Shown here one piece after another: positions 29,272 through 41,352 of a stretch of DNA of 64,000 bases. This stretch comes from Spirochaetia bacterium (GTDB lineage Bacteria > Spirochaetota > Spirochaetia > SP-2023). The translations under genes were made by a program, and so were the position numbers. Every line of letters begins with the position of its first letter. Position 1 is the first letter of the stretch. Under the pieces are notes generated by a model. The model saw nothing but the letters and a program-made list of their open reading frames with translations, was not told the origin of the DNA and did no database searches. The stretch covers positions 1,088,001-1,152,000 of the forward strand of contig CBDDCK010000005.1 of assembly GCA_965225855.1 (NCBI GenBank), written 5' to 3'.

Positions 29272-30499
29272 GCAATTCCCGAACACCATCTACAGCATCG
29301 GAAAGATAAAATTCAGGCTTCCAGCCAAATTGTTGGCAATAGACATTGGCGATGCGCTGTTGCAACTGCTCGAATACACAGCTATCACTTTTTTTAATAA
29401 GGGCAATCGCACAACCACCAAAACCAGCCCCCGTCATGCGAGCACCCAATACCAAGCTTTCTTGTTCTAACAAGGCAACCAAACTATCCAGATGAGGGCC
29501 GCTAACTTGATAATCATCGCGCAATGAAGCATGGGAAGCGCTAAGTAAATTACCTAATTGAACCCAATCTTTAGCCTTCATGGCAGCTGCTGCAGCATGG
29601 GTACGGTGGTTTTCTCTAACGACATGGCAAACCCGTTTTTGCAAAGTTTTCTCTCCTTGCAACAATTCCAGTGCAAGCTCGAATTCCCCTTTGGGACTAG
29701 ATTCACTTATGCTGCACAAGTTTTGTTTTTGCGCAAAAGCTGAATTTTGTTGCAGCATTTGCAGTGCCGCCTCACATTCTCTGCGGCGTTCATTATACTT
29801 GGACTCTTGCAATTTACGTGGCAATTTGGTATTGGCGATCAACAATGCATGTTCACCCAGCTCTAAAGGAATTTGCTGATATTCCAAAGTGGCACAATCT
29901 AATAAGCAAGCTTGTTGGGCCTTTGCTACAGCAATAATAAATTGATCCATGATGCCACAATTCATGCCGCAAAATTCATTTTCTGCTTGTTGGGCCAATA
30001 CCGCTAGCTGCTCTCGACTAAGCATAACATTATGGTAACTTTGCAATATGTAGCACATTAAAACTTCTATCGAAGCCGAAGACGAAAGACCAGAACCCCC
30101 TGTTGGCAAATTGCCAAAAAAAACAATATCAAGCCCCTGCGATAATCCATTAAACTCTTTGGGCCAGCTTTGTTGTTGTAATATAGAAAGTACACCTAAA
30201 GGATAATTGCACCAATTTTGTTGTGCCTGGTAACCAAAGTCTAACATATTGTACGTTTGAGGCTCGCACTTTGAAAAGTTATGTGAATATAGACGCAGAT
30301 TGTGGTCTTGGCGTTGGCCTACCGCAGCTACAGTGCCCAAACTAATCGCACAAGGAAATACTAAACCACCGTTATAATCAATGTGCTCGCCAATAATATT
30401 GATGCGCCCGGGAGCAAAAAAAACCTTATCATTTGGATAGCCATATAGTTGTTCAAATTGTTCACAGCAAATGCTTACCAATGTTGTATAAGATTTCAT
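29261..30499 (-). CDS. galK: Galactokinase
   Basis: PGRINIIGEHIDY, GLSSSAS, CGIMDQ, YNERR and GARMTGAGFGG motifs. Confidence 0.97.
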   Translation of the reverse strand: MKSYTTLVSICCEQFEQLYGYPNDKVFFAPGRINIIGEHIDYNGGLVFPCAISLGTVAAVGQRQDHNLRLYSHNFSKCEPQTYNMLDFGYQAQQNWCNYPLGVLSILQQQSWPKEFNGLSQGLDIVFFGNLPTGGSGLSSSASIEVLMCYILQSYHNVMLSREQLAVLAQQAENEFCGMNCGIMDQFIIAVAKAQQACLLDCATLEYQQIPLELGEHALLIANTKLPRKLQESKYNERRRECEAALQMLQQNSAFAQKQNLCSISESSPKGEFELALELLQGEKTLQKRVCHVVRENHRTHAAAAAMKAKDWVQLGNLLSASHASLRDDYQVSGPHLDSLVALLEQESLVLGARMTGAGFGGCAIALIKKSDSCVFEQLQQRIANVYCQQFGWKPEFYLSDAVDGVRELHEC

Positions 30500-30541
30500 G
30501 TTATATAAGATTTCATAGCGAAAACCAATCTCTATCCTATA

Positions 30542-31036
30542 TTATAATGGGCTCACAGACCAAAGTTCTGAATACTTTACACAGTGAATGGCAACACTTT
30601 TGTACTTTGTTAAGTCTACATTGGCAGGCACCTTCAAAGTGATAGGCCCTTTCAATTTGCCCCAGAAAGCTTTGCGCTTCAATCTACCAATTTTGATAGC
30701 CCCTTTCATGGCATTTTTGTCATTTAAGCTGCTGGCCTTTTGAGGCGAAAAAATAACATATAAATCCGGGCCGTTGGTGGTAGAAAAATCCTGCCCCAAT
30801 TGAAACTGAATTTGCTGTTGCAATGGATTTTGAATAAGGGCCCATTGGCCTTGGGTGGCAAAATGTACTTTGGTCCAACTGCCTTGTTTAATGATTTGGG
30901 TTTGCGAATCTTGAGCAAACAACGCAAATGAGTTTAATAAAATTTGCATGAAAGCAAGCAACAAAACAGCTCCCCGCTTGGAAAAGGCAAGGCAACGAAA
31001 AAATGGCCATAAACCAAAGAATAAGTATTTCAACAT
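30542..31036 (-). CDS. Exported DM13-domain protein
   Basis: FSTTNGPDLYVIF and VDLTKYKSVAIHC motifs; signal-like N-terminus. Confidence 0.8.
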   Translation of the reverse strand: MLKYLFFGLWPFFRCLAFSKRGAVLLLAFMQILLNSFALFAQDSQTQIIKQGSWTKVHFATQGQWALIQNPLQQQIQFQLGQDFSTTNGPDLYVIFSPQKASSLNDKNAMKGAIKIGRLKRKAFWGKLKGPITLKVPANVDLTKYKSVAIHCVKYSELWSVSPL

Positions 31037-31525
31037 CAGAGATTTCCTTTCAGTAAGTTTTTAAAGTAACATGCAACATACAGTAAGAGCCACGACATTG
31101 TCAAGTATTTTTTGATAAACAGTAGGATTGGCCCCACAATATTGTTGCTTATTTCCTTATTTGGTGTATTTAGCCTACAACAAATAAAGCAGTTGCCTCC
31201 CTGCTTTGCTGCTTTTTTACTGCTTGGCTCTAGCGGCTCACAAACCATAATTTACTACCAAAACTTTAGAATTAAAATGATTTCATACAATAGTTTGGCC
31301 TAAACAAGCTTAGAGCCAAAGTTATTTGCGCCTTGGCTAAATACTACGCAAAGAGCTCGGGGAATATACGGGAATAACTTTGGCGATATACCCAAGTGCA
31401 TATCCAGCAACCAAAGCCCCGCCATTGGGCCCTAATACCAGCTGTTTGATCCTAATAAAGTGGGGGTTTTGGCGGGGCTTTAATTCTTGGCAGCCAACAA
31501 AAAACCAAAAAAATCGGCAAAGTAC

Positions 31526-31553
31526 TTGACACTATTCCCCCTTCAAACATAAT
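31526..31553 (+). promoter_or_regulatory. Sigma70-like promoter related to the lipoprotein A promoters
   Basis: CAAAGTACTTGACA-16 nt (C-run)-CATAAT. Confidence 0.5.
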
Positions 31554-31625
31554 GGGCAGAGCAATTATAGCCCATAGGGGTTTGTAAATCTACATTTGAA
31601 AAGGTGAATTCAGTGATGAATAAAG

Positions 31626-32434
31626 ATGAATAAAGATAAATACCACGGAGTAGCCGCTGTATTCAGCCTAGTATTATTGGCACTAATGGCCTGTAGCCCG
31701 ATAGAACAGAGTGGTAAAGGCGATACCGTAAAGTTAAAAAAGTACCGCATCAAGTACATCCAAGAGAGAGATGAGCCCAAGTATAAACTTAGCGAGTGGA
31801 ACGGCAATGTTTTGATATACTATAAATCGGATGGTTCTGCTTTTGGTAAATACTGCTTTGAAGGCGCAGGCAATGGCATTATTCCCTATGATAGTTTGTT
31901 TGAGGTTGGCTTAAAAGATGATAAAGAGAAGCTAGTTTATGAGCGGAAAGACGATGTTTTAAAGGGATACAGTACTTCAGGAGTTCTTACCATTACCTTT
32001 GACAACAAGGGCCGAATAAAACAAAGGAAATATGAAGAGGAGGGGAAACAGCCTAGTATTACTAAATATACGTATCAAGGTAATGGCCCTGCAATAGCCT
32101 CCCACATCTTGGACAGAGACTTTCTAAACGGTGCATACCAATTTGATATGGCGAATGTGCTTCATAATAAATACAAAAAGCAATACGAATGGCAAAAGCT
32201 AAGGGGGTCCCAAGACAAGATGTCCTAATAAGAAAACAGTTTGATAGTAATGGGAGGCTCTATCGAATAAAGAAAACTACTTTTGATACCCAAGGTAGGA
32301 AGAAGAAAGAACAGGTAGCTTACGATGGCACTCTTATTGTTGCTGCGTTGGCAAAAAAATTTATTGCTGGCACTTATGATGGTAGCGATAACTCTTTAGA
32401 AGTTACCACTATTACTTATACTTATGTGGATTAA
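31626..32434 (+). pseudogene. Lipoprotein gene split by a frameshift
   Basis: Lipobox LMAC. ORFs 31626-32228 and 32189-32434 fuse if one G is added to the G5 run at 32203-32207. Both parts have FD..GR repeat-like motifs. Confidence 0.6.
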
Positions 32435-32464
32435 AGCTTAGCATTTTTATACTTTTAGATACTT

Positions 32465-32491
32465 GAGGCAGGGATTTCCCTGCCTTTTTTT
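32465..32491 (+). terminator. Rho-independent terminator
   Basis: AGGCAGGGA-TT-TCCCTGCCT-TTTTTT. Confidence 0.75.
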
Positions 32492-32609
32492 GAGTCGAAG
32501 GCAATGGGCTAGGACAATGCTAACATTGACTTTCTATTTATGGCTTGTTAAAATTCCGCTGGATATTTTGTAAGGTCTACATTTCGGTAGGTCTTGATTC
32601 CTGTATCCC

Positions 32610-35567
32610 ATGAGGTTATCCATGATCGATAAAATTCTGGCTGCTTTGTTTGGTAGCAAGCAGGAGCACGACTTAAAAAAGATAGCCCCGTTGCAGCTCA
32701 AAATAAATGAGCTAGAGCCTTGGGCCTTGGGTTTCAATCAACAACAAATCCAAAAGCAAACCCAAATTTTTCAGCAACGTTTGGCAGAGGCGCGCCAGCG
32801 TGATCATTCTCTCAAGAGTGAACCAAATTTAGACCCTTGTACCAACCAAGCCGGCCCACACTTAACCAACGAGCTAGATGCCATATTGCCAGAAGCGTTT
32901 GCCATTGCCCGTGAAGCCGCACGCCGAATCCTCGGTGAGCGCCCTTACGATGTGCAATTGCTAGGTGGTATCGTATTGCACCAAGGTAAAATTATGGAAA
33001 TGAAAACCGGTGAAGGTAAAACATTGTCCTTAGTGGCACCGGCTTATCTCAATGCACTTTCGGGCCAAGGCGTGCATATTGTTACGGTAAATGATTATCT
33101 GGCCGAACGCGATGCCCATTGGATGGGGCCGATTTTTGCCTATTTGGGGCTTAGCGTTGGGGCGGTGCTATCGCACATGGATCGAGAGCAACGCAAAGTT
33201 GCCTATAATTGTGATTTAACCTACGGTACCAACAATGAATTTGGTTTTGATTTTTTACGCGACAACATGGTCGGCAGTTTAGAAGACCGCGTGCAACGGC
33301 CTTTTGCCTATTGCATTATTGATGAGATAGACTCTGTGCTGATTGACGAAGCGCGTACTCCGCTCATTATTTCAGGTTCGGTAGAAGATGATATACAAAG
33401 CATTGTGATTGCCAACCGCTTGCACAGTTATCTACGAGAAGTGAAAAAAGACCCAAGCACAGGGGAATATCCGCGCGATAACCCTTTTGAAAAAGTTGTT
33501 TTAGAGGGCGATTATAAGCTAGATGAAAAGAATAAACGCATTACTTTTACCGAAGATGGCATTACGCAAATTGAATCATTGTTGCACAAATATAAATTTA
33601 TTGAAGGCTCCATTTACGATGAAGGCAACTTTGAGTATGTGCACTATTTAAACCAAGCTATGCGGGCCCAAAAGTTATTTTTGCGCGATGTAGATTATGT
33701 GGTTCAAGATGGCAAAGTGCAAATTGTCGATGAATTTACCGGCCGTATTTTAGATGGGCGGCGTTATTCAGATGGGCTTCATCAAGCGATTGAGGCCAAA
33801 GAAAATATCAAGATTGCCCAGCGCAATCGCACCTTGGCAACCATTACTTACCAAAAATATTTTGCTATGTACGGCAAACTTAGTGGTATGACGGGTACTG
33901 CGATTACCGAAGCCCGTGAGTTTGATAAAATTTATAGCTTAGATGTAATTGTTTTACCTATGCATCGGCCTCTATCTCGCATTGATGCCAATGATTTAAT
34001 TTATTTAAATAGTGAGGCCAAGCACAAAGCCATTGCAGAAGAAGTCAAAGCCATACATGCAACGGGCCAGCCCGTGCTGATTGGTACCGTTTCTGTGGAG
34101 AATTCCGAACAACTGTCCAAAGTTTTGACCAAATACCAAGTGCCCCACGAAGTATTAAACGCCAAAAATCACCACCGTGAGGCTTTGATTATTGCCGAAG
34201 CGGGGGCTTTAGGTGCTGTAACCATTGCAACTAATATGGCTGGGCGCGGTACCGACATTAAGCTGGGTGGCAGCCCCGATATGCGGGCCCGCTGCCGTTT
34301 GCCCCAAATAGCTCAAGTCGCCCAAACAGGAAACAAGCTAGAAACGGGCAGCACAGGGGAAGCAGTGGAAAATAATGAAGCAGAATATTTTCGGTTGCTC
34401 GATCAGGAAATGCAGAAATGGCAGCAAGAACACCAAAAGGTCTGCGAACTGGGGGGCCTTTATGTTTTGGGTACAGAACGCCACGAAAGCCGCCGTATAG
34501 ATAATCAACTGCGGGGGCGTTCGGGCCGCCAAGGAGACCCTGGGTTTTCGCGTTTTTACGTCTCGCTCGATGACGATTTAATGCGTTTATTTGGTGGCGA
34601 TCGTTTAAAAAATATGATGGGCCGCATTGGTATGAGTGGTGATGAACCGCTAGAGCACAGCCTCGTTACCAAGTCAATTGAGCGTTCTCAAACTCGTGTT
34701 GAAGACCGCAATTATGAAATTCGCAAGCATTTAATTGAGTATGATGATGTAATGCAAAAACAGCGCTCCCATATCTATCGCTTGCGCAATGAGCTGCTTG
34801 GCGATAGCCAAATTATTGAGCGAGTGGCTGGAATAGCCAAACAAATGCGCAGTATCTTGCTCGATGATTTTGTTGCTGACTGCAATCACCAAAGTTGGGA
34901 TTTTGCTTTAGAGCGATTGGGTGAGCGTATGCGCAGCAATTTTGGTTTAATGCTCTCAGAATGCGAACAACAGTTATCACTTGTTTTGGGGCGCAAACAC
35001 GCTGAAGAGGCAAGGGAAGTGATGGATAAATTACTAGCTAATTATTGCGAACAGGATTATCAGCAAAAATGCCAAATTGCGGGCCCAGAGCTTGTCAATG
35101 AAATTTTGCGTTTTGAATATTTGCGGGTGATTGATTTGCGTTGGCAAGAACACTTGGAACAAATGGAGGCTCTGCGTGAAGCAGTCAACCTGCGGACGAT
35201 GGCACAAAAAAATCCTCTGGTGGAATATAAAAATGAAGGTTTTTCCATTTTTGAAGAATTGGTGGAAAACTTGCAAATTAGTGTAACGCGCAAATTTTAC
35301 AATATTCGGATTTCTGTTGATCCAGCTGCAGCACCACGCCAAAATACGATTTTACATGCTGATTCAGGCCAGCATCAACAGTTAGAGTCATTTGATACGG
35401 TCCGCAGTAATCAGCGCAGCAATGCTCGAAATAGAGCCCGTAATGGAACCATGCAAGGTGCAGAAAAGGTACAAGTTCGCCGCACAGAACCAAAAATTGG
35501 GCGCAACGAACCTTGCCCTTGTGGCAGTGGTAAAAAATACAAACAGTGTCACGGGGCTACTCATTAA
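32610..35567 (+). CDS. secA: Preprotein translocase ATPase SecA
   Basis: [55 protein letters not shown] and C-terminal [13 protein letters not shown] motifs. Confidence 0.99.
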   Translation: MRLSMIDKILAALFGSKQEHDLKKIAPLQLKINELEPWALGFNQQQIQKQTQIFQQRLAEARQRDHSLKSEPNLDPCTNQAGPHLTNELDAILPEAFAIAREAARRILGERPYDVQLLGGIVLHQGKIMEMKTGEGKTLSLVAPAYLNALSGQGVHIVTVNDYLAERDAHWMGPIFAYLGLSVGAVLSHMDREQRKVAYNCDLTYGTNNEFGFDFLRDNMVGSLEDRVQRPFAYCIIDEIDSVLIDEARTPLIISGSVEDDIQSIVIANRLHSYLREVKKDPSTGEYPRDNPFEKVVLEGDYKLDEKNKRITFTEDGITQIESLLHKYKFIEGSIYDEGNFEYVHYLNQAMRAQKLFLRDVDYVVQDGKVQIVDEFTGRILDGRRYSDGLHQAIEAKENIKIAQRNRTLATITYQKYFAMYGKLSGMTGTAITEAREFDKIYSLDVIVLPMHRPLSRIDANDLIYLNSEAKHKAIAEEVKAIHATGQPVLIGTVSVENSEQLSKVLTKYQVPHEVLNAKNHHREALIIAEAGALGAVTIATNMAGRGTDIKLGGSPDMRARCRLPQIAQVAQTGNKLETGSTGEAVENNEAEYFRLLDQEMQKWQQEHQKVCELGGLYVLGTERHESRRIDNQLRGRSGRQGDPGFSRFYVSLDDDLMRLFGGDRLKNMMGRIGMSGDEPLEHSLVTKSIERSQTRVEDRNYEIRKHLIEYDDVMQKQRSHIYRLRNELLGDSQIIERVAGIAKQMRSILLDDFVADCNHQSWDFALERLGERMRSNFGLMLSECEQQLSLVLGRKHAEEAREVMDKLLANYCEQDYQQKCQIAGPELVNEILRFEYLRVIDLRWQEHLEQMEALREAVNLRTMAQKNPLVEYKNEGFSIFEELVENLQISVTRKFYNIRISVDPAAAPRQNTILHADSGQHQQLESFDTVRSNQRSNARNRARNGTMQGAEKVQVRRTEPKIGRNEPCPCGSGKKYKQCHGATH

Positions 35568-35653
35568 AAATAATGGAGTAAAAATAAAAATGACTTTCCA
35601 TAAATTTTGTATGTTCGTTAAAGCTAAAAGTTTATTAATGTTTTTTTCAAGTT

Positions 35654-36383
35654 ATGAGCTTTCTTCTACTGGGGCCAATATTTGTTGAGTTTTTCTTCCG
35701 ATTGTTGAAAAATTCTATATCATTGTCGCAGAATGTAATAGAGTCTTTAGCCTTTTGGGAAGATTTATTTGCTACTCTGCTTGGTTTCGGCTTGAGTTTA
35801 ATTATAGACTGGCATAGAGCACCTCTTAAATCATGTTTACCCGTGCGTTGGTTTCGCCAAAAAACTACCGGAATTTATATTCCCAATACTACATTCTTTA
35901 ACCGGCCTAGCAATTTGTTAGCTCTGCCCTTTAGTCGCAAACGTAGTCCACTGTTTTGGTTGGGGCTATCGCTAATAGTAGGTCCAATAGCCATTTTTTG
36001 TAACGGTCTATTAGCCTTTATATTGACTTCATTATTTCCTAATACAACTATCCTGCAAGAAGATATAATTCATGATTTGATTGAAAATAACTCTATTTTT
36101 CAATCATTTTTGTTATTGGTCGTGTCTCCGGTAATTTTTGAAGAATTGGTTTGTCGAGGACGTGGTTTTTCCTTATTGGCTAGACTATTGGGGCGGCCGT
36201 AATGCTGTTGTTTTTAATAGTTTATTATTTGCCTTTTCGCATGTCGGCCCGATTGAAATTGTAGCTCTACTCCCTTTGTCATTTTTCTCAGGCTGGTTGC
36301 GCTGGCGCAGTGGAAATTTGGCCTTTCCTATGTTAGTACATTTGGAAAACAATTTGATAGTGTTGTTCGCACAGTATCTTTAA
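35654..36383 (+). pseudogene. CPBP (CAAX/Abi) intramembrane metalloprotease, frameshifted
   Basis: EELVCRG in one frame; FAFSH and HLENN in the next frame; one extra base near 36160. Confidence 0.75.
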
Positions 36384-36577
36384 AAAATTTTGCACCTCAA
36401 TCTCTCTTGCTAAAGCCCCTTATGGAGTCCATTGAAGATAAATTGGTCTATTTTCTTTGGATTTTATTCATTCTCTACAAGTTTAACACAATAGTTTTTC
36501 GATTTCCAGTGAATAATTTTTATTTCTACATATGGCTATAAAATCATGTAGTTTCTTACACTTTTCAATCTTGTAGC

Positions 36578-37180
36578 TTATGCCTTTTGCTTTAAGTTTT
36601 TTACCCACTTCGCTATATTAAAAGTTTTATTTGGAGCTTCTTTTAATATAGTTATTAGTGCTTTAACAGCTTTAGCCATCAGAATTAAAATTTGGGAACC
36701 ATTTTCTGCATTGCATACAATTATTACTTTTTTACCGTTAAGCTGCAAATTTTGAACCAGTGGTAAAAAGTCGCTATCACCATTTACAAGAATATAAATT
36801 TCAATGTTTCTATATTCTTGTAAATGTTTCATTATATCTACAGTCATGTAAATATCTGTGCTGTTTTTCACATTGGCTATGGGCTTGGGTATATAAAGTA
36901 TCACTTCAAAGTTTTGTTGATTCAAATTCAAATCATTTTTGTTATTGTCAAAATTGGCATAAGCTCTTCGCAAAATAATTTTACCGAGGCTTTGGCCGTA
37001 TGAAATAAGTGCATCGATAAAATGAGAATCTGCTGAATCGTTTTTCTTGTGGTTTTTTACATTTTCAATGTCCCAAAAAATGGCAATATTAGCGGGTTTG
37101 TGGTCTACATCAATTTCTTCTATAGACTGGTAGTTTATAAAAATTTGTAATCTTTGCCTATTCTTTGCAGTATTAGACAA
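36578..37180 (-). CDS. NYN (LabA/DUF88) PIN-like domain protein, probably C-terminally truncated
   Basis: FWDIENV, KNSTDIYMTVD, GDSDFLPLV and GKKV motifs. Confidence 0.8.
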   Translation of the reverse strand: MSNTAKNRQRLQIFINYQSIEEIDVDHKPANIAIFWDIENVKNHKKNDSADSHFIDALISYGQSLGKIILRRAYANFDNNKNDLNLNQQNFEVILYIPKPIANVKNSTDIYMTVDIMKHLQEYRNIEIYILVNGDSDFLPLVQNLQLNGKKVIIVCNAENGSQILILMAKAVKALITILKEAPNKTFNIAKWVKNLKQKA

Positions 37181-37308
37181 AACTGAATTGGAGTTGAATT
37201 ATTAGGGGTTTAACGGCAAAGATTAAAATTATACTAGACTTTCATTATAATATTGCTATGATACTCTTTAAATTAAATTTCAATTGTAAATTTTTAAGGG
37301 GGATATTG

Positions 37309-38379
37309 ATGCCTATAAAATTAAAGCCCGGGGTAATTACTGGGAATGCTTTGCAAGATTTATTTGCAAGTTGTAAACAACAAAAATGCGCTTTGCCTGC
37401 TGTGAACGTCATCAACTCTGAAGGTGTTGGTGCGGCTTTAGCTGCCGCTCGTGAAGCAAAGGCTCCAATTATCATTCAGTTTTCTAATGGAGGTGCGGCT
37501 TTTTATGCCGGTAAAGCCTTGGGTGGAGACAAACAGCAAGGGCCGATAGCCGGTGCTATAGCCGGTGCACTTTCGATTCATCACTTGGCCCAAGCGTATG
37601 GGGTACCCGTTGTGCTACATACCGACCATGCTGCGCGCAAGCTGCTACCTTGGATTGACGGCTTAATTTCTTACAGTGAGTCCTACCACAAAAAACATGG
37701 TAGCCCATTGTTTAGTAGCCACATGCTCGATCTCTCAGAAGACAGCTTGGAAGATAACCTAAATACTTGTGCCGAGTTTTTGGCGCGCATGAATAAAGTC
37801 CATATGACGTTGGAAATTGAATTGGGTATTACCGGCGGAGAAGAAGATGGCGTAGATAATAGCGATACGGCCAAAGATGATTTGTATACCAAGGCTGAAG
37901 ATGTGCTACAGGCGTATGATAAATTGCTACCCATTGGCAAATTTACAGTAGCAGCAGCTTTTGGCAATACGCACGGAGTTTATACTCCGGGTAATGTGGT
38001 ATTGAAACCAGAGATACTAAAAAAGAGCCAAGAACTGGTTGCTAAAGAGCGCAAGACGAAAGATAATCCGCTAGACTTAGTGTTTCACGGCGGTTCTGGT
38101 TCTGAACCGGCAAAAATTGCAGAGGCCTTGCTTTACGGAGTAATCAAATTTAATATCGACACCGATACGCAATGGGCTTTTACCGAACCGATACGCAAGT
38201 ATATGGACAAGCACCATGATTACTTGATGAGTCAAATTGGCAATCCCGAAGGGACGGATAAGCCCAACAAAAAGGTTATTGACCCGCGCACCTATTTAGC
38301 CGATGCGACCAAGGGGATGAGTACACGTTTAATTCAAGCTTTTAAGGACTTAAACGCGTATGGCAAGTTTGCGTTTTAA
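37309..38379 (+). CDS. fbaA: Fructose-bisphosphate aldolase class II
   Basis: LHTDH, LFSSHMLDLS, GGEEDG, FGNTHG, VFHGGSG and NIDTD motifs; ATG at 37309 after AGGGGG. Confidence 0.97.
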   Translation: MPIKLKPGVITGNALQDLFASCKQQKCALPAVNVINSEGVGAALAAAREAKAPIIIQFSNGGAAFYAGKALGGDKQQGPIAGAIAGALSIHHLAQAYGVPVVLHTDHAARKLLPWIDGLISYSESYHKKHGSPLFSSHMLDLSEDSLEDNLNTCAEFLARMNKVHMTLEIELGITGGEEDGVDNSDTAKDDLYTKAEDVLQAYDKLLPIGKFTVAAAFGNTHGVYTPGNVVLKPEILKKSQELVAKERKTKDNPLDLVFHGGSGSEPAKIAEALLYGVIKFNIDTDTQWAFTEPIRKYMDKHHDYLMSQIGNPEGTDKPNKKVIDPRTYLADATKGMSTRLIQAFKDLNAYGKFAF

Positions 38380-38402
38380 TTGATTCTTCCAAAAAATCTA
38401 GA

Positions 38403-38436
38403 GCAAAAAGGCAAGCATACTGCCTGCCCTTTTGCA
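38403..38436. terminator. Imperfect hairpin between convergent genes
   Basis: GCAAAAAGGCAAGCA-TAC-TGCCTGCCCTTTTGC. Confidence 0.45.
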
Positions 38437-38438
38437 AT

Positions 38439-38741
38439 TTATTCTGTGGCCACCTTGTGAAAGGTTACCTGAATTTCGACATCTCTTTTGTCCACACCTT
38501 CGGGGATAACTAGCATATGCCATTCTTGTGGCAAGATAATATGAGTATCCCCTGCTTTTAGATCAAAGGCTTCGCCGTTATCACATAGTGTGTAGCGTAC
38601 CGCACCTTGCAGAACTTCTAATTTCCCCCACACGCCAACCTTGGTATTGTGTCGATTGAGCACCATATTGGGGATATTCTCCCCCTTGAACGGGCCGAAG
38701 ATTTTGTAAGCTATAACATCTTCGGGTAATTGACGAGTCAT
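38439..38741 (-). CDS. DUF1971/YeaR-like cupin protein (TehB N-terminal-like)
   Basis: HNTKVGVWGKLEVLQG and PQEWH motifs. Confidence 0.8.
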   Translation of the reverse strand: MTRQLPEDVIAYKIFGPFKGENIPNMVLNRHNTKVGVWGKLEVLQGAVRYTLCDNGEAFDLKAGDTHIILPQEWHMLVIPEGVDKRDVEIQVTFHKVATE

Positions 38742-38780
38742 ATTGCGAACTCCTTATTGATAAAGTGAAGAGTTTGAAAT

Positions 38781-40540
38781 TTAGAATTCCAGAGTAACTT
38801 TTTCCGCCATATTTTCGCGCAGCAACATAGTGCCCGCCTGTGATATGAAGTGTCGCATGGCCGTTGCATTGGTAACGCGTGCGCCGTAGACAAAGCGCAC
38901 ACCGTACTTCTTCAATATTGGAGCTAGCGGTGCAGTCGGACCTAGCACCATGATTTGAGCACTTTGGGCTAAAAATAAAATTCTGGGCAAGCTACCGTTC
39001 ATCAAGGCTTGAGCCGTTACCACGACGTAATCGGCCTGCTGTAATAAAGTCTCGCCCTGTTCTACAGAATATTGGCCTTCTTGGGGTTCTCGTTCAATGA
39101 TTTTTATTTCGGGAATAATTTTCGTTGCGGGTGGAAAATTCCCCACACAGACTTTTTCGCCAGAAGCATCTTTAAATAGGCGAAAGCCCCCATTCTGTCT
39201 CACCAGTGCGTCCTTTTGCCTTGTTGTTATAGGCCGAAGATAAACTGGCAATGGCAACCGAACGAGCTAAATCATCATCACTGCTTAGCCATTGGGCTAA
39301 TTCTTTTACATTTTTGCCGATAAATTCTCCAGCCGATGCAATCGTGCGCGCACCTTCAGTGCCCCGGCACGGGGTACGCCCAAGGCCCACACCATCTTTA
39401 GTTTTCACATAAGACCAATTGTGCCCGATAATAACTTCTTCTACTTTAGTATTTAGGGCAATGGGGGCTTGGGCAATCAAATCTTGGTACAGATTTTCCC
39501 AACCCCACCAGTCTTTAAGGGACTGGAAATCGCCTGTAATACCAGTGGCCTTTATGCTGTGCTTGCACAAATTTGGCGATAACCACAAAAAACGAGTTCG
39601 TTCGTTGGCATATAATTCCTGCGCTTTTGTTGCATTGCCATGCTCTGCATCCAAAATAATTAGATCAGGGGGTGCGCCTTTCAATGGTTCGGCCTTATCT
39701 AGCACGTAAATTTTCCAACCGCGCTCTTGCAGGAATTTTACAAATTCATTGACACCGCTACCCGCCGGGCATGTCCCCATTCGAGTAAACGGACTTACAT
39801 TTTTTTGCCGCAATTGAAACATAATTTCTTCCTTAATATTTTGGATATTTTTATCGTTGCGTTCAGTTCGCGCTCTTGTGATATTTGCCACCCGTGTTAA
39901 ATATGCTGGTAAACCACGCATTTCATAAATTTCATCGGACAAAAAACAGGCTTCTTTCAATTGGTGCGTAAACAAATACAACCGCTGCATTTGCCTTAGA
40001 TATATAATTAGAAATGCGATACATCAAATCATTTTTGGTATTTACGTCTAATGCCGAAAAAGGTTCATCTAAAAATAGTACATCGGGCTGGCAAACTAGG
40101 GCGCGGGCTAAGGCTACCCGTTGCTGCATACCTCCACTTAGAATTTTGGGGTATCCGTCTTGAATGTGTGCTGGCAGACCCACGTTTACCAAGGCATCAG
40201 ATATATCATTAGCCGATAATTTTATCCCCATTTCATTTGCACCAAAATAGAGATTATCGCCAATCGTCTTCCAAGGGATTAAGCGTTTATCTTGAAAGAC
40301 GGTAACAGGGTGTTTTGCTGTGATAAATATGTCGCCGTGTTGTGCGGCGAGTAGCCCATTCATCAAATTTAAAATGGTTGTTTTGCCGCAACCAGAATGG
40401 CCCATGATGGTTACCACTTGTCCTTGTGCAATGCTTAAGTCTAAGCTCGTAAAAACCGGAATTATTTTCTTTCGGCCATTGATATCCACTGTTTTGTATC
40501 CAAATGAAACATTGCGGCATTGGATTACGGTATTACTCAT
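38781..40540 (-). pseudogene. NitT/TauT-type ABC ATPase fused to DUF4213/DUF364-like domains, two frameshifts
   Basis: GHSGCGKT, LSGGMQQR and LDEPF. The H-loop VTHQ is restored by removing one T near 39971. The frame continues to VEEVIIGHNWSYV. A second shift at the G5 run near 39187-39191 leads to ADYVVVTA...LGPTAP. Confidence 0.7.
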
Positions 40541-40542
40541 AA

Positions 40543-41319
40543 TTAACGCCATTTCATTGCATATTTGTTAATAGGTTCAATAAATATTTTATCGGTTACA
40601 ATAAATAAAAATACGGCCACAAACACCCATGCAAAGACATCTACGGTATCTAAGTTGACTTGAGCTGTACTAATTTTGGCACCAATACCGTTGGGTGCAC
40701 CTAAGACTTCCGCCATAACCCCAATTTTCCAGCTTTGGCCAAAGGCAATGGTTATAGCGGGGTATGTAACCGATAACACATGAATGCCACCAATCTTCAA
40801 AACAGCTTTGCTGGCAGACATGCCAAAACTGCGTCCCATTTCTAAAAGTTTTTTATCAATCGTTTTAACACCTTGTACCACGGTAGTATAAATTAGTGGG
40901 AAAGACGACACAGCAACAGTTACGACCGCACTGCCTATTCCAGAGCCACCAAACCATAAAAAATAGTTAAAACAACCCATGCTATGGGAGGAATAGAAAC
41001 CATCAATCGTTCTATCGGACTAAGAAAAGCCGATACACCGGGAAGCAACCCCCGCTAGGATACCTAAAATACTGGCAAGCATAATACTGCTTACAAAGCC
41101 AGAAATGGCGCGCACAATGGTAATCCCCAATTGATTCATACCATTTTCATAGGCAAACAGTTGATACAAGCGAATGATAGTTCCCATCGGGGAGGGTAAG
41201 ATCAAGCTGTGGTAGTGCAAGCTACCCCAATGCCATATCCCGACAAATGCAAGCACACTTACGCACTTAATAAGGCATTCGGTGTATGTATTCAGGCCGT
41301 TAAATAAAAGTCTTAGCAT
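40543..41319 (-). pseudogene. NitT/TauT-type ABC permease, frameshifted
   Basis: N-half (ILPSP...) and C-half (DKKLLEMG, WKIGVMAE) are in separate ORFs broken at about 40980-41030. Confidence 0.75.
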
Positions 41320-41352
41320 GGTTTACCTATAATATGGATAGGTGTTTTGCCA

